From: Candidatus Nanohaloarchaea archaeon
Lineage (GTDB): Archaea > Nanohalarchaeota > Nanosalinia > Nanosalinales > Nanosalinaceae
Direction of reading: 5' to 3'
Assembly (NCBI GenBank): GCA_046497485.1
Contig: JAWOFP010000060.1
Coordinates: 1-43,174 of the forward strand
Length of the DNA stretch: 43,174 nucleotides
The translations under genes and the position numbers were made by a program. Shown piece by piece: positions 29,799-38,225 of the stretch. The notes below the pieces were generated by a model. The model was not told the DNA's origin. It did no database searches and was given only the letters and a program-made list of their open reading frames with translations. Positions within the stretch are counted from its first letter, which is position 1, and each line of letters starts with the position of its first letter.

Positions 29799-30445
29799 TA
29801 GAGCAATTGATGTCTAATGTAGAGGTTTATGGGCCTATAGCCGTTGTGATTTGGATGTTTATGGAGGAATTTCTTCCAGTACCGTCTGTTCTTGCGCCAA
29901 TGGCGGCAGCTTATCTACTGGTTTCAGCAGAAAACCCTTATATGGCGTTTCTCCAGGTTTTCGTGATAATTGCAATTCTAGGATCTGCTGCATCAGTTTT
30001 AAGCTCATATGTAACGTATGGAATAGCTTTCTATGGGGGTAGACCTGCTATAGACAAATTCGGGAAGTATATTGGTGTGAGTTGGATACAGGTTCAGGCC
30101 TTTAAAAGGCATTTAACTTCTGGGAATGAGCATCGATATCTTGCTCTTTTCAGAGCAATTCCCCTGATGCCTCTATCTGTCATATCTGCCTCTGCAGGAT
30201 TCTTTAGAATAGAATGGAAGAGATATGGTCTGTGGAGTTTCATAGGTATGGTTCCAAGAAATCTTTTTTTAGGATATCTTGGATGGTATCTGGCTGATGA
30301 TTTCCACGAAGCCGCGACACTAATAGGTCAGTTATCGACAGTAGTCTTCATAATAGGAGCATCAATTCTACTATTCTACTTCATCTACAGAAGAGAAGAA
30401 TTAAAGCAAAAATATGAGAAAAGCAAAGGCCTGTTCAATCCCTGA
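29795..30445 (+). CDS. DedA/VTT family membrane protein
   Basis: EEFLPVPS, YGGRPAIDKFGKY, FRAIP and ISASAG motifs. Confidence 0.9.
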   Translation: MIEQLMSNVEVYGPIAVVIWMFMEEFLPVPSVLAPMAAAYLLVSAENPYMAFLQVFVIIAILGSAASVLSSYVTYGIAFYGGRPAIDKFGKYIGVSWIQVQAFKRHLTSGNEHRYLALFRAIPLMPLSVISASAGFFRIEWKRYGLWSFIGMVPRNLFLGYLGWYLADDFHEAATLIGQLSTVVFIIGASILLFYFIYRREELKQKYEKSKGLFNP

Positions 30446-30477
30446 AAAATAATAGATTAACAGTTAAAGGAGAAATT

Positions 30478-31005
30478 ATGGATCGAGAACAGGTCGAAAA
30501 ATATATTGAATACTACGATAAAACTCAAGGCCTTCTACCGGAAAAATTGGAGGAGTATAGAGACAAGTTTAAGGAAAAAGGATTTTTGACCCAACAGGAT
30601 CTGTATGAACTTGCGTACGAATCATCAACTAGAAGCGCATACCATGTAAGAAAGAATTCTAGGGGAAGATGTAGAGAAGTCACCTCTAATTTATCCAAGG
30701 TAAACGATGATTTCTCCCAAATTGCTCTGATAGAGGCCTTGAAAGGATTTAAGGCTCCCACAGCTTCAGTTATATTGACTGTAAAAGATCCTGAAAGACA
30801 TGCAGTTGTTGATACAAGGGTTTGGGCATCATTAGAAAGACTTGGTTATCTAGAGGGTAGAAAAGAATGTTTCACTGCTGATGACTATGTTAAAATGATT
30901 GGACCGATAAGAAAAATAGCAAAAGAAACAGGGTTTACTACTGAGAAAATAGGTTATGCTCTTTTCGCTATGGATGTAGATAAAAGAGAAGGAACCTTAC
31001 ATTAG
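30478..31005 (+). CDS. Hypothetical protein, possible HhH DNA-glycosylase-like fold
   Basis: LKGFKAPTASVIL...AVVDTRVWASL resembles an HhH motif followed by a catalytic Asp. Confidence 0.55.
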   Translation: MDREQVEKYIEYYDKTQGLLPEKLEEYRDKFKEKGFLTQQDLYELAYESSTRSAYHVRKNSRGRCREVTSNLSKVNDDFSQIALIEALKGFKAPTASVILTVKDPERHAVVDTRVWASLERLGYLEGRKECFTADDYVKMIGPIRKIAKETGFTTEKIGYALFAMDVDKREGTLH

Positions 31006-31514
31006 TCCTTGAACCTCAAACCATGCCTTACATGTTTATAAGGAGAGTTGATTCCCTCAAAACGGCTCTCAAGATGATTTAACAATTCTTCATAATCTCT
31101 TGGGAGATTGCTAGACTCTTCATGGTTTAAACCCGTTAAGAAATCTCTGACTAACATTTCTTTTATGCTGGAGTTCTCAATATCGGACATGTACGATTTC
31201 ATATAGCCTTCCAGAAAACTTCCGAAATGAACAGGTTCGATAGGAACATCAGCTACTTCTTCTATCCAGAGATCCTTCCAGATCTCTTCAAACTTTGAGT
31301 AATTAACATCATAGAGCTGAGGGTCAGTATTCTCAACTTTATACAGCAGGCCTTCTTTATGCATTACTTCAATTATCTTTTCGGCAACTTCTTCATCTAT
31401 ACCAGCCTTTAGATCCATTTGGACATGATAGCTTCCGCCATCGCTCAAATGAATATTTCTGAGGATTTTATAGGGAATAGGCCTGACCAAAATATTATCC
31501 TCGTTGTAGCTCAT
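31002..31514 (-). CDS. Hypothetical protein, possible winged-helix N-terminus
   Basis: Likely start ATG 31514. Acidic composition. Confidence 0.6.
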   Translation of the reverse strand: MSYNEDNILVRPIPYKILRNIHLSDGGSYHVQMDLKAGIDEEVAEKIIEVMHKEGLLYKVENTDPQLYDVNYSKFEEIWKDLWIEEVADVPIEPVHFGSFLEGYMKSYMSDIENSSIKEMLVRDFLTGLNHEESSNLPRDYEELLNHLESRFEGINSPYKHVRHGLRFKD

Positions 31515-31554
31515 AACAGAAAACTTAACTTTGAAGGGCTTAATAATTAACTGT

Positions 31555-31992
31555 ATGAAACTTTCCAGCCCAGAATTCAAAGATAGAGAAGAACTACCTG
31601 AAAAAGCAGGATACATGGAAGAAAATACTAATCCAGAATTGAGAATCGAGGAAGTCCCAGATGAGGCATCTTCATTGGTTTTGATAATGGATGATCCTGA
31701 TGCATTGGAGCCGGCAGGAAAAATTTGGGATCACTGGATAATGTATGATATTGATCCTACAATCGAGGAAATTGCTTCAGGTGAAAGCCCAGGAACAGAA
31801 GGAAGAACAGATTTCAGAGAAACAGGGTACAATGGCCCGAATCCTCCAGACGGAGAACACGAATACGTCTTCAAACTCTATGCACTGGATATAGAACTGG
31901 GTCTTCCACAGGGCGCTTCGAAGGATGAAGTGGAAGAAGCAATGGAAGACCATGTAATTGAGAAAGCAGAGTTGAGAGGCCTATATGAGTGA
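31555..31992 (+). CDS. YbhB/YbcL (PEBP) family protein
   Basis: LIMDDPDA, WDHW and GPNPPDGEHEYVFKLYALD motifs. Start ATG 31555. Confidence 0.93.
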   Translation: MKLSSPEFKDREELPEKAGYMEENTNPELRIEEVPDEASSLVLIMDDPDALEPAGKIWDHWIMYDIDPTIEEIASGESPGTEGRTDFRETGYNGPNPPDGEHEYVFKLYALDIELGLPQGASKDEVEEAMEDHVIEKAELRGLYE

Positions 31993-32641
31993 AGGTCTGA
32001 CAAAGGAAGAGCTTCAGAAGCTCAAGGAAAGTCTGAAAGAAGAATTTTCGGGATATAGTGAAATCGCTGGAGGCAAGAATTACAGGTATCAGCATCTAGA
32101 AACTACACATAAGCATGTCTGTAAATTTCAAGAAAGATTAGATGTTGAAGTTGATAATAAAGTGTTGGAGATTGCAGCGCTTTACCATGACATAGGCAGG
32201 GTCAAAGATATTGTATATGGAGAGATGGATCCATTTGAAGGGAATGAAGGCCACGCAGAACACGGAGCCAAAATAGTCGAAGAATATATTTCGGATTTCG
32301 TGTCTAAGGAACAGCTTGAGAAAATTAAAGAAATTATAGAGAATCATCACTCTGAGGCCTCAACCATTGAAGGCAAAATCGTCCAAGATGCTGACAAAGT
32401 CTCAAATTTCGGAGTATTCAATCTATGGAGACAGATTCATTATTCTGCTCAGCACGAAAGGACTTTGGAAGAAAGCCTAGACTACTTCTGGAATAAAGCA
32501 GTAAGCCAGTTTGAAAACCATATTGAAGAAATGCATTTTGAAGAAACCTCTGAACTAGCGAGGAATAGGTTGGAAAAACATAAAGATACGATAAGAGAGA
32601 TAGAAAGAGAAATCAACGCAGAAGACTTTTTAATCCTGTAA
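31985..32641 (+). CDS. HD domain phosphohydrolase
   Basis: H...ALYHDIG...H...HH...QDADK motif series. Confidence 0.9.
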   Translation: MSEGLTKEELQKLKESLKEEFSGYSEIAGGKNYRYQHLETTHKHVCKFQERLDVEVDNKVLEIAALYHDIGRVKDIVYGEMDPFEGNEGHAEHGAKIVEEYISDFVSKEQLEKIKEIIENHHSEASTIEGKIVQDADKVSNFGVFNLWRQIHYSAQHERTLEESLDYFWNKAVSQFENHIEEMHFEETSELARNRLEKHKDTIREIEREINAEDFLIL

Positions 32642-32655
32642 TAAGGACTTGAGAC

Positions 32656-33261
32656 TTATTGCTTACTGGCTAGCACCCATAGATGGTCTTCATCCCTCCA
32701 GTCTTCTTCGTAAGTCTCTATTATCTCAAATCCTGATTCTTCTATTATTTCCAGTGTTTTCGTTCCTTCATATGAGCTCCACTGAATTTCTGCGCCGTTC
32801 CATGATTCCTTCAAATTTTCCATTTCTGTAGAGGCTACTGTTACAAGGATGTATCCTTCTGGTTTTAACCAGTCGTTAATCTGTTCAAATAGTTCTCGGT
32901 GCTCCTCTCTAGGGATGTGAAAGATGGCGTAGAAACTTACTACTGCGTTGAGAGATTTATTATCTATATCAACTTCAAAGAAGTCTCCTTGAACAATTTC
33001 TGCTTCAGGAACATTTTCTCTAGCTTTCTCAACATGCTTCTCCGCTATATCAACTCCTATCAAATCATAACCATTATCGATTATATATCGATTAAATGGA
33101 AGTCCTGTTCCACAGCCTAGATCTAAAATCTGTCCTGAACTGCCTAATTTATCAAAAAGTTTCTGAAATAGCTCTTCTTCCTCCGGACGGATTTCTCTCC
33201 CTTCTCTATAGAGGCCTTCGTAATCGGCCTCTTCGTAGCCTTCCTTTACATCTTCGCGCAT
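32656..33261 (-). CDS. Class I SAM-dependent methyltransferase
   Basis: ILDLGCGTG, GVDIA, AIFHIPRE and LKPEG motifs. Confidence 0.92.
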   Translation of the reverse strand: MREDVKEGYEEADYEGLYREGREIRPEEEELFQKLFDKLGSSGQILDLGCGTGLPFNRYIIDNGYDLIGVDIAEKHVEKARENVPEAEIVQGDFFEVDIDNKSLNAVVSFYAIFHIPREEHRELFEQINDWLKPEGYILVTVASTEMENLKESWNGAEIQWSSYEGTKTLEIIEESGFEIIETYEEDWRDEDHLWVLASKQ

Positions 33262-33298
33262 AATAATCTATAATTTATCCAGATTTTAATATTTCAAC

Positions 33299-34261
33299 TT
33301 AAAAATCAGTAAGCGAGGCCTGGTTCTCTTTCAAGGCTCGTGCATTGATTCCTTCCTCTCTTTTCAGGTATGATGCAAATTCTGAGTCAAATCCGTGATG
33401 AGTGTAGACTTTTTCCGGATTCACAGCTCTCACCATTTTAACTAAGTCATTGAAACCGCAGTGATCGCTGAAAGGAAAAACCTGGTCGTAACCGCCTCGA
33501 TACTTGTACTGATCTGTCATCCCCCAACCGGAGAATCCTGCTTTAACTCCATTTGAGGCCTTAACTAGTTCATTCATTGCGTTGGTTTTAGCAAATCTTG
33601 TAGGCCCGATAAAAATTCCTTCACCATTCTCCAGCATATCTTTATTCTCGCCGTAAGGCAAGGCATCAAAACTCAAGTCAGTATGTTCTTCTACTACTTT
33701 GTTCATCTTCATGACTGCGCCATGCGCGATTAGAGGTCTATCAGTAACCTGTTGAGCCAACCATTGGATTTTCTGGGCTTTTCCCAGAGAATAACCAAAT
33801 AGGAAAGGCGCTTTAGTCTCCTCAATCCAGGCCTTGATACTGTTCTCGATCTGTTCCTGTGGAGGAAGAGAGTAGGCTGGAATCCCATAAGTGCTTTCAG
33901 TAATTAAGATATCTGCTTCTATTGGTTCAAATCCTTTAATATAGGCTCTATCTCTGGTTGAGACATCTCCGGTGTAAAGTATTCTTTTTCCATCAGATTC
34001 AATTAATGCAGCTGTCGAGCCCAAAATATGTCCTGAATTAATCAGCTCAACATCAGGATGTTCATTGAGATTCAACTCTCTTTCAAGCCTAGACTCCAAT
34101 AGTCTTCGAGTCAAATCGGACGCGACTACTTTCCCTTCACCCTGAAAGGCATGATCCATATGAGCATGAGACGCAATATTTACATCTCCCAAGGCCTTCT
34201 GAGAGTCCGCAACAAACTTTTCCCCTGCGTCAATATGGATTCCATCTTTCTCTCTTATCAC
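33299..34261 (-). CDS. Metallo-beta-lactamase/beta-CASP-type exonuclease
   Basis: SHAHMDH, GHILGS, YTGD, ESTYG, YSLGKAQ, FSDH and HG motifs. Confidence 0.88.
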   Translation of the reverse strand: MIREKDGIHIDAGEKFVADSQKALGDVNIASHAHMDHAFQGEGKVVASDLTRRLLESRLERELNLNEHPDVELINSGHILGSTAALIESDGKRILYTGDVSTRDRAYIKGFEPIEADILITESTYGIPAYSLPPQEQIENSIKAWIEETKAPFLFGYSLGKAQKIQWLAQQVTDRPLIAHGAVMKMNKVVEEHTDLSFDALPYGENKDMLENGEGIFIGPTRFAKTNAMNELVKASNGVKAGFSGWGMTDQYKYRGGYDQVFPFSDHCGFNDLVKMVRAVNPEKVYTHHGFDSEFASYLKREEGINARALKENQASLTDF

Positions 34262-34354
34262 AAATGTTAGTTTGAGAGCAATCTTTTTGTGGTTGATATT
34301 TTAAAGCTGAGGCCTCTAATTTCTATTTACCGAGCAGGCTGTTTTGGTCTATGA

Positions 34355-34490
34355 GGGGGTGTAGCTCAATCTGGGAGAGCGACCGCCTCCAGAATCTTTA
34401 CTGGAGGGATGAGGCCTTTACCTGGCCAATGATTAAACCTTTACATTTGGAGATAGCGGTAGGTCGCAGGTTCAAATCCTGTCGCCCCCA
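34355..34490 (+). tRNA. trnW: tRNA-Trp(CCA) with a 62-nt intron at 37/38 (34393-34454)
   Basis: Acceptor stem GGGGGTG/CGCCCCC, D stem GCTC/GAGC, anticodon stem ACCGC/GCGGT, T loop TTCAAAT. The BHB-type central helix CTCC/GGAG has 3-nt bulges. CCA is not encoded. Confidence 0.95.
34393..34454 (+). ncRNA. Intron-encoded box C/D-like guide RNA (predicted Cm34 of tRNA-Trp)
   Basis: Guide CTGGAGG (34401-34407) is complementary to tRNA positions 31-37. D-like ATGA at 34409-34412, GGCC/GGCC hairpin, C-like ATGATTA at 34429-34435. Confidence 0.65.
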
Positions 34491-34591
34491 TCCAAAATCT
34501 TTCTGACTGGATATTGGAGACAGATTACGGATTTGAATTTGGGTCTGAGTTTGTAATAGGTTTTATAAGAATCTTCTACATGGTCTTATAC

Positions 34592-35293
34592 ATGTCTAAA
34601 GACGTTGATCTTACCGATAACGTTGATGAAGTCGAAGATCAAATCAGGGAGGCTGAAGACCTTGATTATGAAGCTCTTCTAGAAGAAGAGAAGTCCGGAA
34701 AGGACAGGAAGACTATCAAAGAGTTTCTGCAGAAGAGAATTGACAACCAGGAAGACGAAGTTACAGAAGCAGAAGACGAAGTAGTCGAACAGATTGAAGA
34801 AGAGACAGAAGGAGGCCTCCTAGGAGGTCTTTCAAGAGATAAAGTTCTTGGCGCAGGACTTGCGGCAGGGCTTGTTCTAGGCCTTATTTTCGGTGTTGCA
34901 GTAGGTTACACTACTGGTGGACCGGACGCAGATATTACTGCAGATCAGGCCGAGGAAAGAGTTTCTGATATAGTAGAGCTCCAGTTTGATGATTACAGCA
35001 TTGAGTCTGTATCAACAAGCAATGGAATGTACTATGTAGAGTCTACTATCACTCAAGAAGTTCCAGCACAAGGTAATGAGACAGAGACACAGGAACAAGA
35101 GTTCCCTCAGAACTTCTACTTGACACTTGACGGAAACCTATTGTTCCCAGAGCAGCAGAGTCAGCTTGGACAGGTAATCTCCCCGATTGATGTTGATCAG
35201 GAGTTAGAAAGAGCACAGAATCAGACACAGCAGCCAAGTCAGGAAGAGATTCCAGAAGACCTTCAGGAAGAACTTGAGAATCAGACTGAATAA
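34592..35293 (+). CDS. Single-pass membrane protein with DsbC-N-terminal-like ectodomain
   Basis: Likely start ATG 34592. Acidic N-domain (EKSGKDRKTI), TM helix, then GMYYV...FYLTLDGNLLF. Confidence 0.65.
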   Translation: MSKDVDLTDNVDEVEDQIREAEDLDYEALLEEEKSGKDRKTIKEFLQKRIDNQEDEVTEAEDEVVEQIEEETEGGLLGGLSRDKVLGAGLAAGLVLGLIFGVAVGYTTGGPDADITADQAEERVSDIVELQFDDYSIESVSTSNGMYYVESTITQEVPAQGNETETQEQEFPQNFYLTLDGNLLFPEQQSQLGQVISPIDVDQELERAQNQTQQPSQEEIPEDLQEELENQTE

Positions 35294-35412
35294 GACTTCA
35301 TTCAACAAAACTACATATCTTCATTTTTTCTTTTACTTTCTCGATTACACTAAAGTTACCGATACTTACAAACACCTCCGGGCCTAAATGTTAGATAGGT
35401 GAGAATCTTTCT

Positions 35413-36000
35413 ATGAGAGAAAAATTAATCGAACTACCGTATGAATACGACGCATTAAAACCCTCTATTTCCCGCCAAGTTCTTGAATGGCACCACGATA
35501 CACATCATCAAGGCTATGTGAACGGAGTCAATACTGCGGAAGAGAAACTTGAGCAGCAAAGAGAAGACGATGACTTTTCAAATACAGGAAGCCTACTGAA
35601 CAGCTTCACACATAACTATGCAGGAACAGTTTTGCATGAGATTTTCTGGCAGAACATGAGTCCGAACGGCGGAGGAAGGCCTGGAGGATCTCTAATGCAG
35701 AAAATTAAGGAGGACTTCGGAAGCTACGAGGCCTGGAAGAAAGAGTTCAAAGCTGCGGCTTCAAGCGCATCAGGATGGGCTCTACTAGTTTACATTCCAA
35801 GACATGATGAGCTTCACAATGTAGCAGTTGATAGACATGATGAAGGAGCAGTCTGGGGAGCGCACCCTGTTCTCGCATTAGATGTCTGGGAACACAGCTA
35901 TTACCATGACTACGGTCCAAGCAGAGGAGAGTTTATTGACGGATTCTTTGAAGTATTAGACTGGACTGATGTGGAAGAGAGATTCGAGGAAGCCAAGTGA
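35413..36000 (+). CDS. sod: Fe/Mn superoxide dismutase
   Basis: LPYEYDALKP, HHDTHHQGYV and DVWEHSYY motifs. SD-like AGGTGAG upstream. Confidence 0.97.
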   Translation: MREKLIELPYEYDALKPSISRQVLEWHHDTHHQGYVNGVNTAEEKLEQQREDDDFSNTGSLLNSFTHNYAGTVLHEIFWQNMSPNGGGRPGGSLMQKIKEDFGSYEAWKKEFKAAASSASGWALLVYIPRHDELHNVAVDRHDEGAVWGAHPVLALDVWEHSYYHDYGPSRGEFIDGFFEVLDWTDVEERFEEAK

Positions 36001-36040
36001 AAAACAAGTTATTTAACCAATTTCTCCCCTTCTTTTCTTT

Positions 36041-36415
36041 ATGACAGAATATAAACCAGGAAAATGCAATATTGGGAAAACAGAAAAAAGAAATAGAGCG
36101 ATACTAGGGGCTTCAGGGCTTTTAACAGCTGCATTAATGGCAGGTCTTATAGTTCAACAGGATCTTCCGAACTCTATAATGCTTTTCACATTTATACCGT
36201 TTCTTCTAGGATTTGAAGGAATTTTCCAGGCCTTAAACTCTTTTTGTGTCCACTACGCGCATAAAGGAGTTTACAATGAGGGAGAAGGCCTAAAAGAAGT
36301 CACTGACGAGGAATCAAGAGAAAAAGATAAAGATAAAGCGAAGAGAATTCATGGGGCTTCCGTTATTTCTGCAGCAATCTGTACAGTAGTCGTGACTGCA
36401 GTGGTAATAATTTAG
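36041..36415 (+). CDS. Small membrane protein with CNIG and FCV motifs
   Basis: Three TMs and two Cys-containing motifs. Confidence 0.7.
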   Translation: MTEYKPGKCNIGKTEKRNRAILGASGLLTAALMAGLIVQQDLPNSIMLFTFIPFLLGFEGIFQALNSFCVHYAHKGVYNEGEGLKEVTDEESREKDKDKAKRIHGASVISAAICTVVVTAVVII

Positions 36416-36459
36416 AGTTTTCCAAAGTATTCATTAAATCTACAGTCTAAATATTCTAT

Positions 36460-37017
36460 ATGAAGGATGTAATTGTGATTGGAGGAGGCCTCGCAGGTCT
36501 TCAAGCAGCAGTAATGACTGCAAAAGCAGGAGAAGAAACACTTGTACTGGATTCGGGACAGTCTCTAGTTCTAAATACTTCAAATATTCAGAACCTGGTA
36601 GGCCATGACTCGGTTGCAGGAGGAGAACTTCTCACCTCAGGAAAACAAAAAGTAGAAGCTTTTAATGGAGAAATAAAGGAGGAAGAAGTCGAAAACTTAG
36701 AGAGAACTGATTCAGGCCTTAAAGTCTCGACAGAAGAAAATGAGTATGAATCAGGGTATGCGATAATTGCATCAGCAGGCGATCTAAGCTATATTGAATT
36801 AGATGTGGAGTTTGAGGAAGGCGTGGACGATCCTTATATGATGGATCAACATGTCAAGACCGATAACTCAAATAAAGCCGCTGAAAAAGTCTATGTAGCA
36901 GGCCTTGCTAATTCGTGGGAGCATCAAAGCTCTGTAGCTATCGGTGATGGCGCAAAGGCAGCAGTTAATCTACTGAGCGAAAAGTACGGCGAGCCTTACG
37001 ACGATCACGACACCTGA
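36460..37017 (+). CDS. Short FAD-dependent oxidoreductase (thioredoxin reductase-related)
   Basis: VIGGGLAGL, IIASAG, VYVAG and AIGDGAKAA motifs. Lacks the NADPH domain and CxxC. Confidence 0.82.
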   Translation: MKDVIVIGGGLAGLQAAVMTAKAGEETLVLDSGQSLVLNTSNIQNLVGHDSVAGGELLTSGKQKVEAFNGEIKEEEVENLERTDSGLKVSTEENEYESGYAIIASAGDLSYIELDVEFEEGVDDPYMMDQHVKTDNSNKAAEKVYVAGLANSWEHQSSVAIGDGAKAAVNLLSEKYGEPYDDHDT

Positions 37018-37030
37018 ATTCCATTATTTT

Positions 37031-37447
37031 TTATTTCCAAAATTCTTGTTGCAGTAGTTTAGATAGGTCTTCCTGATATCTCTTTTCTAGTCTATTGTCT
37101 GAATTCAAAACAGAGTCAATATCGTATTCTTTGCCCGTACCTGAAACATAGATTTTATTGACTGCATCATCAAAGGAAATACCTCTAGATAAGGCCTCAA
37201 GGACATAAAGAAAGTTATCAGATCCTTTCGCATTTCTAAACACGAATTCTAGTTCTGCTTCTTCATTAAATTCAAATCTATAACAGATAGATCCTGGTGT
37301 TCCTTCTTCTACTTGAAAATCAATTGTTCCATAACTTTCAGAATACTCCTCTAGGCCTACGCTATTACGTAAAAGTAGAACTCCTTTGATCTCTAGATCA
37401 TCAATTGAATCAAACTCTTCATCTATAGGAGCTTGATCATTATTCAC
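37031..37447 (-). CDS. Hypothetical protein
   Basis: Acidic ORF coupled to the upstream gene by overlap. Confidence 0.6.
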   Translation of the reverse strand: MNNDQAPIDEEFDSIDDLEIKGVLLLRNSVGLEEYSESYGTIDFQVEEGTPGSICYRFEFNEEAELEFVFRNAKGSDNFLYVLEALSRGISFDDAVNKIYVSGTGKEYDIDSVLNSDNRLEKRYQEDLSKLLQQEFWK

Positions 37448-38172
37448 GGATTGATGAACCCCTCAATTTCCTTTAAACCATCAACAATTCTAGGTCCAGG
37501 TCTGTTAAGAAGAGCGTCATTGACAACATAGATGTCCTCGTTTTTCACAGCGGTTATTTCCTGCCATTCAGATCTTTCCAAAATTTTATTCCTGTCTATA
37601 TTTTCTCCTGCTCCGCATACATTCAGGAAAATGTACTCGGGGTCGAACTCTTTCAACTTTTCCAAGACGAGCTCTCTACTTCTCTCCTCTCCAATAAAGT
37701 AATCTCCATTAGCCGCCTCTATCAGGCCTGGAATCCAGTTACCAGATACCATTGGAGGATCCATCCATTCTTCGCAGTAGATTCTCTTACCTTCTAGATT
37801 AATTTCTTGGATTTCTTCTTTCATCTCTGAAATAATTTTTGAGGCCTCTTTTTCACGATTAAATCTTTTTCCAATCTTCTCTATGCTCTCAAATACTTCT
37901 TCCAAACTTTCCGGATTTACCTGCAGGACCTCATATTTTTCACTTAGTTTTGAGGCCTGTTCGTCCTGTAACTGATCGCTTAATAAGATAATATCTGGAT
38001 TAAGTTCATCTATCTTATTGTAATTAACTCCCTCGCTCCATCCTCCGATACTCGGCTTTTCTCTAGCAGCCCCAGGATAATCACATAGAGAAGTAGTCCC
38101 TACAATTTGATCTTCTAGGCCTAAAGCATAGAGAATTTCTGTATTGGATGGGGCGGCTGAAAGAATTCTCAT
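37444..38172 (-). CDS. BtuF-like cobalamin/helical-backbone metal-binding protein
   Basis: RILSAAPSNTEILYALG, CDYP and LLNRPGPRIVDG motifs. Confidence 0.87.
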   Translation of the reverse strand: MRILSAAPSNTEILYALGLEDQIVGTTSLCDYPGAAREKPSIGGWSEGVNYNKIDELNPDIILLSDQLQDEQASKLSEKYEVLQVNPESLEEVFESIEKIGKRFNREKEASKIISEMKEEIQEINLEGKRIYCEEWMDPPMVSGNWIPGLIEAANGDYFIGEERSRELVLEKLKEFDPEYIFLNVCGAGENIDRNKILERSEWQEITAVKNEDIYVVNDALLNRPGPRIVDGLKEIEGFINP

Positions 38173-38225
38173 CTACTAATATTATGGTAGAAGAAGTTAA
38201 CAATCTTTTTGTACAAATATAAATT

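Noticed and set aside
32656..33261. SAM methyltransferase as the enzyme marking AGGCCT
   Set aside because: It lacks DNA-MTase catalytic motifs (PC, DPPY/NPPY, SPPY) and looks like a small-molecule class I MTase.
34355..34600. tRNA-Trp as the integration site of a mobile element
   Set aside because: No integrase and no duplicated tRNA 3' end were seen in the window.
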